A DNA stretch of 64,000 nt from Octopus vulgaris (lineage: Eukaryota), in the NCBI GenBank assembly GCA_951406725.2, contig OX597815.1, positions 174,778,001 to 174,842,000 on the forward strand. The letters run 5' to 3'. Both the position numbers and the translations under genes were made by a program. Below the pieces are notes generated by a model. The model searched no databases and was not told the origin of the DNA. It saw nothing but the letters and a program-made list of their open reading frames with translations. Shown one piece after another: positions 12,208 through 24,469 of the stretch. Every line of letters begins with the position of its first letter. The stretch's first letter is position 1.

Positions 12208-13860
12208 TTATTTCTTTATTACCCACCAGGGGCTACGAAGAATGGCGGACATCACAAAACATGGGGGACATAGAACAATATGATTAAATTTATGAGCAAA
12301 TGAATATTAAAATGAAAAAATGATAATATGAAAGCGATGCTAACGGCCCCCTCCACCAGCATCGCTTACCTGTCCTTTTGTTTTCACTGTCACCTGAATG
12401 TTCATTCCCAATACGAAGACCATCCATATCCATTCTTACTCCGAAACTGTCCTCCATATTTTCCACGAATTCATCGCTCATTCTTGTATCTTTCACCTCC
12501 CAATTCTCCCTTTCACACCTCAACACAAACTCTATATTCTTCTTTTCCAGCACTGCATATCTGGTCCCATCCATTTCATACCATTCATACTCCTCCATTA
12601 CCCTTGTAACTTCTTTCTGTTCAGTCACAATATAAATGTTCGGCCTGGGTTCGTTTTCAAACTCTTGTCTGTCTGTATTGTTATTTTTCTTTTGTTTTCT
12701 TGTTGGAGGGGAGCGGGTGGGTTCACTGTCTGCAGGGGAAGGGTGGGATTCAGAGGGTGCGGGTGGTGTTGGGGTGGGTTGGGGCTTCGCACAGTTTTTC
12801 TTTTTTTCTTTTTCTCTTTTTCTTCCTTCTTCCCACTCTTGTTGCATCTCCTCTTCTTCTGTCGTTTCTTTTTCCGTTTGGTTCTCTTTGGTTTCTTCCT
12901 CTTTTGGGGCTTCCGCGACGATTTCCTTTTCTTTTTCCTTTGGTGGGGGAGGGCAGTAGGCTCTTATGTGACCCCTCTGGCCACACTTGTAGCACCTGGG
13001 CGCCCTACCCTCCACCCACACTCTCATAATAATATTCCCAGTTTTTATACTGTCTGTAAGCTTTTCTATAACTTCCGCCTCCGTCTGTATGTTCATTTCT
13101 AGTGTGGCACCTCTCACGCCTTCATATTTCATAATGGCATGGAGGATGTCCACTTTATCTTCATTTCCTTTGATAACCGCAGCCGTTATTAATTCGCCCT
13201 CTAGGTGTGGAGGTATTCCCACCACCCTAATTGTGGTGGTCCTTCTATTCAAATACGAGGGGAACAAGTAAATCTTTTCTGTACTCACCACCTTGGCTGC
13301 TTTCTCACTTTTAAATTGTACCGTTATGGTTCCATATTCTAATCCTTTTGTCATGTACACAATTTCTTCTCCTGTCTGTTTGAGAGCCTCTTCAATTGCT
13401 TCCATGTTAATCACTTCCATTTTTCTACCTCCATTCATAAATACTTTATATTTAATGGTTCTACGATGGAACCAGTCTCCGCGCCCTGCTGGAGGCAGCA
13501 GCTCGACCTCTCCGTTCTCGACCTCCTTCATGAACTCCTGGAAGCCCGACAACTTAGCCAGGTCTATCTCTTTTTCTGTTGACTTCTTCGTTATACCTGC
13601 GTAGGTGCTTTCCATTTTTTCCACCGCCAACTCCTCCTCAGATGTCGACGAATTTTCAGAGAAATTTCTCCCTTCCATCTCATCCGTTTGGTAGAGGCGG
13701 CTCATAGTCGCCTCAGACCGAAAAACGGCCTCCCGAACAGAAAACGTGCGACGCGAAACCGCACCAACCAACGTTCCAATTCCGCAACAACCACAATTCA
13801 CTTTTTGTTCTTTTTTCCTTTTTAACTGAATTTTACAGAGCGCAAAAAACACACCCGTTC
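12208..13860 (-). mobile_element. ORF1-only (HAL1-like) non-LTR element
   Basis: Short 5' UTR beginning ~CGGGTGTGTTTTTTGCGC, ORF1, ~70-nt 3' UTR and AATAAA (plus-strand tttatt at 12215-12220). No endonuclease or RT ORF follows. Confidence 0.65.
12290..13705 (-). CDS. Gag-like ORF1 protein (471 aa from the first ATG) of a Tx1/L1-type non-LTR retrotransposon
   Basis: Uninterrupted ORF with RRM-like segments (ITVQFKSE, IRVVGIPP), a CX2CX4HX4C knuckle (CYKCGQRGHIRAYC) and an acidic/basic/Pro-rich tail. Confidence 0.8.
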   Translation of the reverse strand: MSRLYQTDEMEGRNFSENSSTSEEELAVEKMESTYAGITKKSTEKEIDLAKLSGFQEFMKEVENGEVELLPPAGRGDWFHRRTIKYKVFMNGGRKMEVINMEAIEEALKQTGEEIVYMTKGLEYGTITVQFKSEKAAKVVSTEKIYLFPSYLNRRTTTIRVVGIPPHLEGELITAAVIKGNEDKVDILHAIMKYEGVRGATLEMNIQTEAEVIEKLTDSIKTGNIIMRVWVEGRAPRCYKCGQRGHIRAYCPPPPKEKEKEIVAEAPKEEETKENQTEKETTEEEEMQQEWEEGRKREKEKKKNCAKPQPTPTPPAPSESHPSPADSEPTRSPPTRKQKKNNNTDRQEFENEPRPNIYIVTEQKEVTRVMEEYEWYEMDGTRYAVLEKKNIEFVLRCERENWEVKDTRMSDEFVENMEDSFGVRMDMDGLRIGNEHSGDSENKRTGKRCWWRGPLASLSYYHFFILIFICS

Positions 13861-14149
13861 AATCTTCTTTTTTCTCTACATTGTATACTTTATAGACAAT
13901 AGTCTTTTCTTTAATTTAATTTTTTATTATCCATCTGGACTATTCCATTTCTGCATGCTAATTATATTTTTAATTTATTCCCATTCATGTGAAACCACTT
14001 ATTCAAGTTCAAATCATTGATGCAATTTTATACCAATTGCTATTTTTACTTTTTTTTTATGTTACGATTATATTATACTTTAGTTTGATTTTAATTATTA
14101 CTTACTACATATAATTCAATTGTTATTATTATTTTTATTGTTAAAGTGA

Positions 14150-14561
14150 AAGTATCTGACATAAAATAGAGAAATGTTTTTGTTTCACTTTTAACACGTA
14201 ATACTGAAATAGTGGAGAAGATATGATATTGTTATGGGCTCGCTCTAGGCAAGAAGTTGAACATTTTTTTTGCCCATGAAACTACATGGACCCTAAGTAA
14301 GGCATGTGTAAAATTTGAATGAAATTGGTTGTGTAGTTCTCAAGTTTTAGGGAATCGTAGTGGAGAAGATATGATATCGCTGTGGGCTCACCCTAGGCAA
14401 AAAGTTAACATTTTTTTTGCCAATGACACTCCCTGGATCATAAGTAAGGCATGTGTAAAATTTGAATGAAATTGGTTGTGTAGTTCTCAAGTTTTAGGGA
14501 AACACACAGACAGTCAGACAGACACACAGACACACATTCTCAGTTTTATATATATAAAGAT
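14150..14561 (+). mobile_element. 3' part of a Helentron/HINE (DINE-1-like) non-autonomous element with an internal ~148-bp tandem duplication
   Basis: Duplicated unit tagtggagaagatatgat...gtagttctcaagttttaggga (14210-14353, 14358-14499), an (ACAG)n-like tract, and a terminal ttttatatatataaagat. Left boundary is approximate. Confidence 0.55.
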
Positions 14562-14589
14562 ATATATATATATACACATGTATGTATGT

Positions 14590-15181
14590 ATATATATGCA
14601 TATATATATTTCCTTCCTTGGACACAAAACTCTGCTTGCGAAGACCTTTTGAGGCAAGTGAAATCAAAATCGAACCAAATTCGACAATTGGCACCTATGC
14701 CAACCTCCCTTCATTGGACACTAAGCTCTGCTTGCGAAGTTTTGTTGCAAGTGAAATCGAAATCGAACCAAAATTCGATGACTGGTACCTGTGCCAATGG
14801 AGCGCTAATAGCTCCGTCCGAGTGGGATCAATGCATGATTGTTACCAGCGTCACCTCATTGGCACTTGTGTCGGTGGCACATGAACAAAACATTTGAGCG
14901 AGGTCATTGCCAATGCCGCTGGAATGACTCTTGTGCTGGTGGCACGTAAAAAAACCATTTCGAGCGTGGCCATTGCTAGTACCGTCAGACTGGCCCTCGT
15001 GCAGGTGGCACGTAAAAGCACCCACTACACTCTCGGAGTGGTTGGCATTAGGAAGGGCATCCAGCTGTAGAAACTCTGCCTGATCAGATTGGAGCCTGGC
15101 ACAGCCATCTTGTTCGCCATTTCTCAGTCAAATCGTCCAACCCGTGCTAGCATAGAAAGCGGATTTTTAAGGATGATGATG

Positions 15182-15183
<2 letters not shown>
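14590..15183 (+). mobile_element. Longer (GAT)n-tailed retroposon copy with a duplicated 5' unit
   Basis: ttggacac..aactctgcttgcgaag...gcaagtgaaatc.aaatcgaacca occurs twice; 3' family sequence ends in gatgatgatgat. Confidence 0.75.
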
Positions 15184-15221
<38 letters not shown>

Positions 15222-15244
15222 ATATATATGTATATATGTATGTG

Positions 15245-15289
<45 letters not shown>

Positions 15290-15324
15290 GTGTATATATA
15301 TATATATATGTGTGTGTGTATATA

Positions 15325-15365
<41 letters not shown>

Positions 15366-15951
15366 ATATATATATAATGTGTATGTATATATATATATAT
15401 ATATAAATATAAAAAAAATATATATGTATAAATATTAAAATATATATATGTATATAAATATATATATATATATGCATGTACGTATATACATATATGTATA
15501 TATACATGTATGTATATATATATATGCATGTACGTATATACATATATGTATATATACATGTATGTATATATATATATATATGCATGTATGTATATACATA
15601 TATATATATGCATGTATGTATATACATATATATATATGCATGTATGTATATACATATATATATATGCATGTATGTATATACATATATATATGCATGTATG
15701 TATATACATATATATATATGCATGTATGTATATACATATATTTATATGCATGTATGTGTATATATACATATATTTATATGGATGTATGCATATATACATA
15801 TATATGCATGTATGTATATATACATATATATATATATATGCATGTATGTATATATATATATATATATATGTACATGCATATAGATATATATGTATGTGTA
15901 TATATATTTGTGTATAGTTATGTGTATATATATACATATGTATGTATATAT
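15184..15951. repeat. Long TA/TG compound microsatellite
   Basis: (TA)n, (TG)n and repeated tatgcatgtatgtatatacata units. Confidence 0.95.
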
Positions 15952-16029
15952 AAGTGGAGGTGCAATGGCCCATTAGTTAAGGCAACGGCCTCGCAGTCGT
16001 AGGATCGCAGTTTAGAGGCATTGTTGCTC

Positions 16030-16450
16030 ATTTCTATTCCAAGATCAAGCACTGTATTTGATTCTGGGATTGTTGCTCCATTTACTCCAACGTACTGATG
16101 TCATGATTCCTGAGCAGTGCTTAACTGGTGGCAGAGGGCCTGGAATTTACTTGCATTAAATTGCATGTTGTTATCCTCAGCCCATGTATAGATGGTATCT
16201 AGATCTTTCTGCAAGAGTGTAGCATCAAAGGTTTCCTTGACTGTGTGACTTTTGTGTCGTTGGCATAGCTGGTAAGCATGTCTGCCTCTGTCACTGATGG
16301 CATATCTGATAGGGCTACCATGAAAAGCAATGGCCCCAGCACAGTGCCCTGGGGCACTCCACTCACTATTAGTGTCTCTGTGGAGAGAGCTCCATTGGCT
16401 GCTACAGTTTGGCTCCTGTCTTTTAGGAAATCATGCAGCCACAGACCAAA
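16030..16450 (-). mobile_element. CR1/L2-group LINE reverse transcriptase fragment
   Basis: WLHDFLKDRSQTV...SGVPQGTVLGPLLF...YANDTK (degenerate YADD motif). Confidence 0.85.
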
Positions 16451-16451
16451 T

Positions 16452-17205
16452 CTGTGGCTGGTGCAAGTTCCTTCCTGACCTAGGGTAACATGGTGGGGGA
16501 ACAACAATGTAAACAGTGCCATTAGAGCAAAGATACAAGTCTGGAATGCCTGGAAGAGGGGGTAGCAGGAGAATGTATCAGATAGCAAAAAGTGAAGGTA
16601 AGAGACAGGTATATGTAGCCAAGGAAGTAGGAGAAAAGAAGACGTTTGCTAATGTTCAGTGACATGAGGACCAGAGAACTGAAGTATTTTGGATTGCAAG
16701 ACAGAGTAAGAGAGAAAACCATGATGTCATAGGAGAGAAATGTGTCCGCATGGATGATGGTGACCTTGCGTTTAATGATTCTGCAAAGAAAAAGGCTTGG
16801 CGAAGCCATTATGGAAACTGCTGAATGTGGAGAATGAATGGGAGGAGGAGAGTCTGCAAAAGGTTAACCCAGTTGAGGGACCAGCTATCCGAATCAACAG
16901 TACCTAGGTAGATAAATCAATTAAGGATATGAAGACAGGGAAAGCACCTGCCCCATCAGGATTCTTAAAATATTGGGTGGTGTGTGTTATAGTCTTGTCA
17001 CCTGCATTGTAAATCAGGTAGTTCATGAAGGAATCATACCCAATGACTGGTGTGGCAGCTCCTTAGTCAACTGCTACAAGGGAAAAGGTGATGCTTTAGA
17101 TAGAAATAACTACAGGGGTATCAAATTATTGCATCAGGTGATGAAAGTTACAGAGAGGGCCATAGCCCAACTAATTAGGGAGAGGGTTAGCATAGATGAG
17201 ATGCC
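16452..17205 (+). mobile_element. RTE-clade LINE ORF fragment (degenerate)
   Basis: IPNDWCGSSLVNCYKGKGDALDRNNYRGIKLLHQVMKVTER with upstream GKAP and WW motifs; contains stops and frameshifts. Confidence 0.85.
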
Positions 17206-17614
17206 TAGGAATTATTGGGTACGTCAGCTAGTATATATATATATGTGTGTGTGTATATGTGTTGTGTTCTTGAGCAAGGCACTTTATTTCACGTTGCTCC
17301 AGTTCACTCAGCTGTAGAAATGAGTTGCGACGTCACAGATGCCAAGCTGTATCGGCCCCTTTGCCTTTCCCTTGGATAACATCGGTGACGTGGAGAGGGG
17401 AGGCCGGTATGCATGGGCGACTGCTGGTCTTCCATAAACAACCTTGCCCAGACTTGTGCCTCAGAGGGTAACTCTCTAGGTGCAAACCCATGGTCACTCA
17501 TGACCGAAGGGGGTCTTTACCCTTACCCTTTATATATTATATATATATATGTATATACTATTAATAGTAAAAGTGTGACAATAAAAAGAATGAATGAGTA
17601 TATATGTTTATGCC

Positions 17615-18714
17615 TCGACAATGACACTCCGGTCTCACACCATTTTCACTCTACCGGTCACTCTTTACAACACCTGTCTGTGTTCAGATTGTCCTTGCAC
17701 AGAGGCCATCCGGACTCCCGTTTGCGCCGTGAGCAGGGATTAATCTTTTCTCTTCACTCCTTTATGCCATTTGGACTCAACTCTCCTCCCCTCTTCATCT
17801 AACCTCCTCCCTTTGCCTCTCTCCCCCTCCCTCCTACTTCCTCCCACCCAACTCTCCTCTCTTGCCCCGACTCTTACTCCGCTTCACTCCTACATCTCTT
17901 CACCCCTACTCTTTTTCCCTCTTCTGTCTTTCTCTCTTCTCCCCCTCCTTCCTACATCCTCCCACCCAACTCTCCTCGCTTGCCCTGACTCCTACTTCTC
18001 TCCACTCCTACTTCTCTTCACCCCTACTCTCTTTCCCTCTTCTCTCTTACTCTCTTTCTCTCTTACTCTCTTTCTTCTCTCCTTCCCTCTCTCCTCACAT
18101 ACCCACCTTCCCCTCCCCCATAAGCCCACCCACCCCCACACATTCCTACTCCACCTTCCCTATCCATCCCATCCCCCATCCTATCCCACATGCCCTCTCC
18201 CCACCCCACCTTCTGCCTACCCACAAACCCCAACTCTACCCCAACCCTCAGCCGAACCCACACTCCACCTGTGCTTTCCCCACTCTTGCCTCTCCGACCT
18301 CCCAACAACATCACACCACACTACACCATACGACATTACACATCACATCACAACACACCACCCACACATCCATCCCCACATTTTCACACCTACACATACA
18401 TACACACACATGTCCATACCATCAGCCCTCTTTCACATGCACACACACACACCTTTGTGTTGGGGGTCCTCTTTACTTTGTTATCTCCTCTGCTTCTGGC
18501 CTCTCGTGTGTGACCCTTCTGTCCGAAGTCAGTCGCCATGATAGATCGTTAGCCACTACACACATTTTTTTCTCTCCTTGTTTTTTCTGTGTCCCTTTCT
18601 GTAGAAGAGCATAGGCTCGAAACATAAAAGACTTTTTCTATTCTTGAGTGTTATACTAATATATCTGTTTGTTTTGTACACCACCTGTCTTCATCTTTTT
18701 TTTTCGTAAACTCT

Positions 18715-18720
<6 letters not shown>
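17615..18720 (+). mobile_element. 5'-truncated Penelope-like element: GIY-YIG C-terminus, pyrimidine-rich 3' region, hammerhead-like motif at 18591-18632
   Basis: DTPVSHHFHSTGHSLQHLSVF...RLRREQGLIFSLHSFMPFGLN matches the PLE endonuclease tail (PV..HF...H...RE...I..L....P.GLN). Terminal motif CTTT-CTGTAGA-A-GAGC-ATAG-GCTC-GAAA-CA-TA-AAAG. Confidence 0.75.
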
Positions 18721-18756
<36 letters not shown>

Positions 18757-18758
<2 letters not shown>

Positions 18759-19490
18759 TAGCAGCTAAGTCCGGTTTCACCCGGTCTGTTTAGATGATGT
18801 GGTTGTGATCGTTTTCAGTTAGGCATAATCTATAACAGCATTTCTTAACCATATCATTTTGGGTCCCCTGTTTTGATTGGAGCTTCCAGGTGTATGAAAA
18901 TTTTCTGACCACCCCACCCCTGACAGAAAACAGCTTCAGGAGTTGTGAAGAACGAATTTGTACGTAGTCTGTTTCTGAGCGCTGTTCTGTTGGACCTCTG
19001 TCTAATCATTAAAACATTGGGCGATCTTTCAATATGGGAACACACGGCTGTCACTTACAAACCACTTATAAACCACATGTGTTTATTTACATATTTGAAG
19101 ATGATCGTTAGTTTCCGTAAAAAAATTAAATTTTTTTAGTATGGGGTTCGGTGGAAAGGGGGATCTTTTGAAGTCGGCGTGAAAGTGAAAGTCACAGAGA
19201 GAGAGAGAGAGAGCAATTATATGAGTGAAGTTCTTTTGAAGTTGGCATGAAGCAGAAAAATTGATGTGCGTGTGTGTTTGACAGGGTGTATGAGACAGAA
19301 TGTGTGGTGTGTGTGTATGTGAGAGAAAGAGAGAGATAACTGAAATTTTTTATTCACTTTTTGTAGTGAGTGAATGTGTGAGTGATTGACAGAAAAAGCA
19401 AGAGAGAGAGAGAGAGGGGTTGTGTATGTATGTATGTATGAATGGCTTCAGTGACATACACACACACACACAAGCACGCAGGTTGTTATG

Positions 19491-19539
<49 letters not shown>

Positions 19540-19928
19540 CTATGTATGGCTGAGAGAGAGATAACTGAAATTTTATTATTCACTTTTTGTAGTGAGTGAA
19601 TGTGTGAGTGACTGACAGAGAAAAGGAAAGAGAGAGGTTATGTATGAATGGCTTTGGCTGATCATCATCCTGTTGGTAGTGAAATGATATATGCCGGCTG
19701 TGTGAGCAACTGGTTGTTTTAATGGCGGGGGAATTCCATTATAAAAAGTTTTAATCGATTTTCTCGGTAACTATGGGGGCTTAGAAAAAATACAAACTGC
19801 ATTCCAATCTATGCACCCGTCTCCACCTGTGTGCCGTTTTTAACGTGAATCCACCCAGCCGTTTGGCTGTGAACCTCAAGACAAGAAAGAATACAACGAT
19901 CACCCATGTCCAATTTATATTATAGAAT
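18757..19928 (+). mobile_element. Helentron/HINE-like non-autonomous element
   Basis: 5' TACTAGCAG with a ccgg...ccgg subterminal hairpin, internal microsatellites and duplication, 3' agccgtttggct hairpin, terminal ttatattataga; inserted in a (TA)n run. Confidence 0.6.
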
Positions 19929-21811
19929 ATATGTGTGTGCGTTTATATGTATACAACCGCATGCCATACTTACAAATATGTGTGTGTGTGTTTATGAATG
20001 GTGTATATCTGCAAGTGTGATTGCTTTTTGTTTATTTTGCAATGCTTGTAAAGTTGGATACTTAAGGAAGATAGTATTTCACGGCTCGCTACTATTCCTA
20101 TTATCAGGAGATTTTAAGAATTTTGCTTTAGTGAAATGTGAAACTAGTGTTCTACAAGATGGGGAAGTAAGCAAAATGGTGGCAGCAGTTTCAGTTCAGG
20201 CATTCTCTGGTGAACAATTGGAAATAACAACTTCATGCTGCCCCCTTCCTCCCATCTCCCACCCTATATAGAGTAATTATATTTAAAGTATTCTATACAC
20301 TTGTTAATGGAAAGTCATTTGCTGTGGAAATTGTCTGAGGAGAAAAATACACCTTATAGATAGATAACATGTTTGAAACAAAACTACTATGCTGTGAATG
20401 GTCTCATTGGACTATAGAATCCATGTGTTTCTGCATTGTTACATTTCATCAGCTTTGGGCCTCAAATCTGTTGTTCACAGCCCATGAAGAACTGTTGAAT
20501 TGATACTTAAATAGCAAATAGTTCCAGCAATAATAATTAATTTCAGCTTGACCAACCTTTGCACACATCAGCGAATGTATCATTTGCTGTTTAAATATAA
20601 GAATGGCTTTCTTTTATTGTTTGCGGGCTGTAAATGATGGATTCTGTATTTGTAGCTGTTGAAGCATCATGGTGTTGATATGCACATGGCCTATGGTATA
20701 AGCATGTCATTCATAGCCCAGTGAAATGTTTTCACACATATTGTTTATAAGGAAAATTTTATGCTCAAGACATTTTCTGCAGTGATGGTCTTTTCACATC
20801 CAAGTGTACATGCCTATATTTCAATCATGCACCTAGGCTTCTGTGTAGTTTCTATCTACCAATTCTAGTCATTTCATAAGGCATTGATTGGATTGAGGCT
20901 ATTGTACAAGATTCTTGCCTAAGGTGTTGCAGTAGTTGGACTAAACCTGAGACTGCATAGTCAGTCGTAAAGTAAACTTTTTAACTATACAACCATGCTT
21001 ACACCTGTGTGTGTTATGTATGAGTGTATATATTATATGTATACATGTATGCAAACAGACATGCACAAATATAGATATACATATATAGACATGTGTTTAA
21101 ATTTGTGTGTGTGTGTGTGTGTGTAGATGTATATAGAATATGATTATATCCTTTTTGGAAAGGAAAGGAATTCATTATCTAGATGACTGCTATCTCAACA
21201 AGTACGATGCTTTCAGTGTTTATATATGTAGTTTTAAAAATATATTTCCTATTTATGCTTTTTATTATTTTCATCGTGACCAAATATAATTTTTCATAAA
21301 ATACATTACTTTATGCTCTGAATGTGTTTATGTGGTATGTTAGGATTATTTTCTACACTTTAAACGAAGATAAATTTTTCATAATTTATTTTAAAGAATT
21401 AAAGAATCTTATTTGAATCGTGATTTTGTGAATTGTGAGAGCTCTAGGAAAAATTAAAATCAATCATAAAGTTTTTGTATATTTGAAGTTCTAAAAATTT
21501 CAACTAGATTTTCTCATTAGTTTCTATTTTAGAAATAAAATGTTTCATATTCTGTTATTGTTTACTTTGATTGGTACAGTTAATTAGTTTAGTTTGAGAC
21601 TTTGTTTAAAGGATTACTATATTCTATAGCTGGATCAGATATAACTGTAGAAGTTAAATCTAAAATGTATTATTATCAAGATTTTGATAAATATATGAAT
21701 TCGTAATTTCAGTTATAGTTCTGCAACTGTTTTTCAGTGCTTTATTCAAGGCTAATCTTTAAACATAGTTTTATACTTATATTAGTAATCTGTGTCTATT
21801 TGGTTTCATAG

Positions 21812-21904
21812 CCTATTCTTGAAACTGGGGGTTTGAACATTCTGGTCAAGCTGACCAACAGTGATGATTCCTTGCTCCGATTAAATGGTGTCTGGGGCTT
21901 AATG
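21812..21904 (+). CDS. ARMC8: ARMC8 coding exon B
   Basis: catag|CCT...ATG|gtaagt, 93 nt. PILETGGLNILVKLTNSDDSLLRLNGVWGLM continues exon A in frame (vertebrate PILESG...LRVNGIWALM). Confidence 0.93.
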
Positions 21905-22508
21905 GTAAGTTATTTTTTCCATAAGCTTTTCAGAAGCGTGTGCACACACATGCATACACACACACACACATATACACTTATACATATATATACACACATA
22001 CATATACATGCACAGACACATACACACATGCACACACACACACTCACACATACACACATTTACACACACATTTCTCTCTAGTTTGTAATTATATATTTTA
22101 ATCTGACTTCACTGTGTTGATGTGGTTTAGACTGGTGTTCTTTTAAATAATTCTGTTGTAACTATTTTGCAATGAGCTAAAATGTATTTTATGATGGTTC
22201 AACTATAGTTTCCACAATGTTTAAAAATTACCTAAATATGAACCATACCAATATATTTTTAAATAAATCAAAATTCTTTATGTAATGTTCTATTCAAATG
22301 GAGATTTTTTATGATACCAGATATCAGTCAGATAAATTCATGATACCAGGCATTAATTGGTCAAGGTATCTATTAAAATGTAGTAAATCTTCATAGTTTA
22401 GTACTGGAATATAATTTTATTCATCAGTAATATTTTCTAGTTTGCCCCAACATCCTGCTATATGCTCAGTGGCAATATATTCTAATACTATGATGATTTA
22501 TAATTCAG

Positions 22509-22658
22509 AACATGACTTTCCAAGTGAGTGACAAGATGAAACACCAGATCCTGGAATCATTACAGACAGAACAGTTATTCCGCTTGCTGTCTGACCCTGA
22601 TCCTAATGTATTGCTCAAGACACTAGGACTTCTAAGGAATCTACTTTCTCCCAAAACA
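22509..22658 (+). CDS. ARMC8: ARMC8 coding exon C
   Basis: ttcag|AAC...ACA|gtaagt, 150 nt. [50 protein letters not shown]. Confidence 0.94.
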
Positions 22659-24469
22659 GTAAGTTGATTCAATCCCATATCTTTATCATCATAAGTAACA
22701 ATATTGCCAAAATCATCTTCCAATATTATTTCATTGTCATATAGCTTTTTTCTTTCACTTCTTCTTGAAGCTTGTAATCAAAGGCTTTTCTTGCTGTAGG
22801 TTTTATGAATTTTAGGGAGAAATGTTGCTCTAACTTATCTTTTCATCTGCCTTATGATTGTGTTATATATCTATTGATCTGTATGAATTTGGAACGTGTA
22901 GTTGCAAAAGGCTATAAATATTCTGGTCCAGTTAACTAACAAAGTTATGCTATTACTACATATTAATTTATTGACTAATAACATTGAAAAACAAGAAGTA
23001 AAATTTTTTAAATTGTTGGCATCACTTTTTGACTAAATCAATTAGGCAAACACAATTTACTAACATTCAAAGCTGACAAATTAATGGCTTTTTATTCCCC
23101 TCTGTGAATTTGGAAACCATGGAAATGGGTTACAACCGCTTTGCAGTTTTTCTTTGTTTTTATTTATTTCCCAGTTGGTATGTGTGTATGTGTGTGTGAG
23201 AGAGAGAGAGAATGTGTGTGTGTGTTCATTTCATTTCATCCAACAAGGAAGGAGTTTCAGATATTGTTAAAAGGAAACTCTAAAATATGAATTCAAAATG
23301 GATCAATCAGTTCAATTTTTTATTTTTTGTTCTTATGTAGTTTGTACTGAAGTGCATTCTAAAATCATTCATCTGTTTGTGTTATCTAACATATTCAAGA
23401 AACAAGTTTTAAATTATTTGAAAATTTATTTAACTTGATATATTAAGTCCATCAACTTGCTAGTTTGCATTGAAATATTTGGGTTTTTTTTTTGTTTCTT
23501 TTATTGTGATGGTGATGGTTCTATATATGTAAAATTTATAGATTAATTTTTGATGTATGTATTTTAACATCTGGCTTCTTACTAATTATTGAAGTGGGAG
23601 TGAGTTCTCCTTTTGTATGTGTCATCTGAGGCCAAGATTTACAACACTTACTTTAGTGTATTATGATGTTGAATTTATCACATTGTTTTTAAAAAGGTCA
23701 ATACTTTTACAGTCGTACCCATGGTTTGCAATGCCAAACTTTGTCACCAGACCATCCAAAAATTTCCAGATACAGATGTCTGCATATGGCTATCTTCTTC
23801 ATTTCAGGGAATACAATCTCATAGCTTGTCTGGTGTATGGGGTGTCAGTCATTTTTGTGAAGGTCCTTTGGATTGCTTCCATTTCAGTAGTGAGCTTAAC
23901 ATATGAAGCAAACACAGCTGTATGCAATAGTTTAGGTAACTGTGAGAAAATGTATTTCTGAAAAAAAGCAGAACATTTTGTGTTTGCTCTGAATGTTCTT
24001 ACAACCAGGTCTGTTGATATTCTGTACATTTAAGTTATTTTAATAATAATTTATATAAGCTTTAGGCTTATATAAATACCATTGTTATTATTTACAGGTT
24101 TGTAAAACCTGGCACCATATGACAAAACGATTTGCACCAAAAGTATATAGAAAGTTTGTTTACAAAAACAGCTATGAACTAAAATAGTTCTTAAATTTGA
24201 CAGAAATAGGGAGGCTAGTTCGCTGGTGTAATGGTAACACACTTAGTTGTGTTAACAAAAGGATGTAGGTTTGAGTCTCATGCGAATAGGAAAGCCTACA
24301 TTTTCTGTCAAAAGCTTATATGCCCCATTATTAGACTATTTTTCTTAGTCATGGCATGGTGAGGTTCATATAAATGCCATTATATATATATATATATATA
24401 TACACACACATACACACCTCTCATCATTACCACCATTTAAATGTTTGGTTTGCAATGGTTACAAAGATA

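Larger units (their letters stand above)
15953..17531 (+). mobile_element. tRNA-derived SINE split by nested LINE fragments (head ~15953-16025, body ~17259-17531)
   Basis: Head ggaggtgcaatggcccattagttaaggc is A-box-like. The body resumes at gttgtgttcttgagcaaggcactttatttcac and ends in a (TTACCC)-like tail. Confidence 0.6.

Noticed and set aside
12328-13604. Plus-strand ORFs overlapping the gag-like ORF1
   Set aside because: Antisense shadows of a purine-rich coding strand with no recognisable domains.
15089-16002. Long YI/HI/CV-rich ORFs up to 268 aa
   Set aside because: Microsatellite artefacts.
17771-18614. 250-aa Pro/Leu/Ser/His-rich ORFs
   Set aside because: Low-complexity pyrimidine tract of the Penelope-like 3' region; it lacks stops for compositional reasons.
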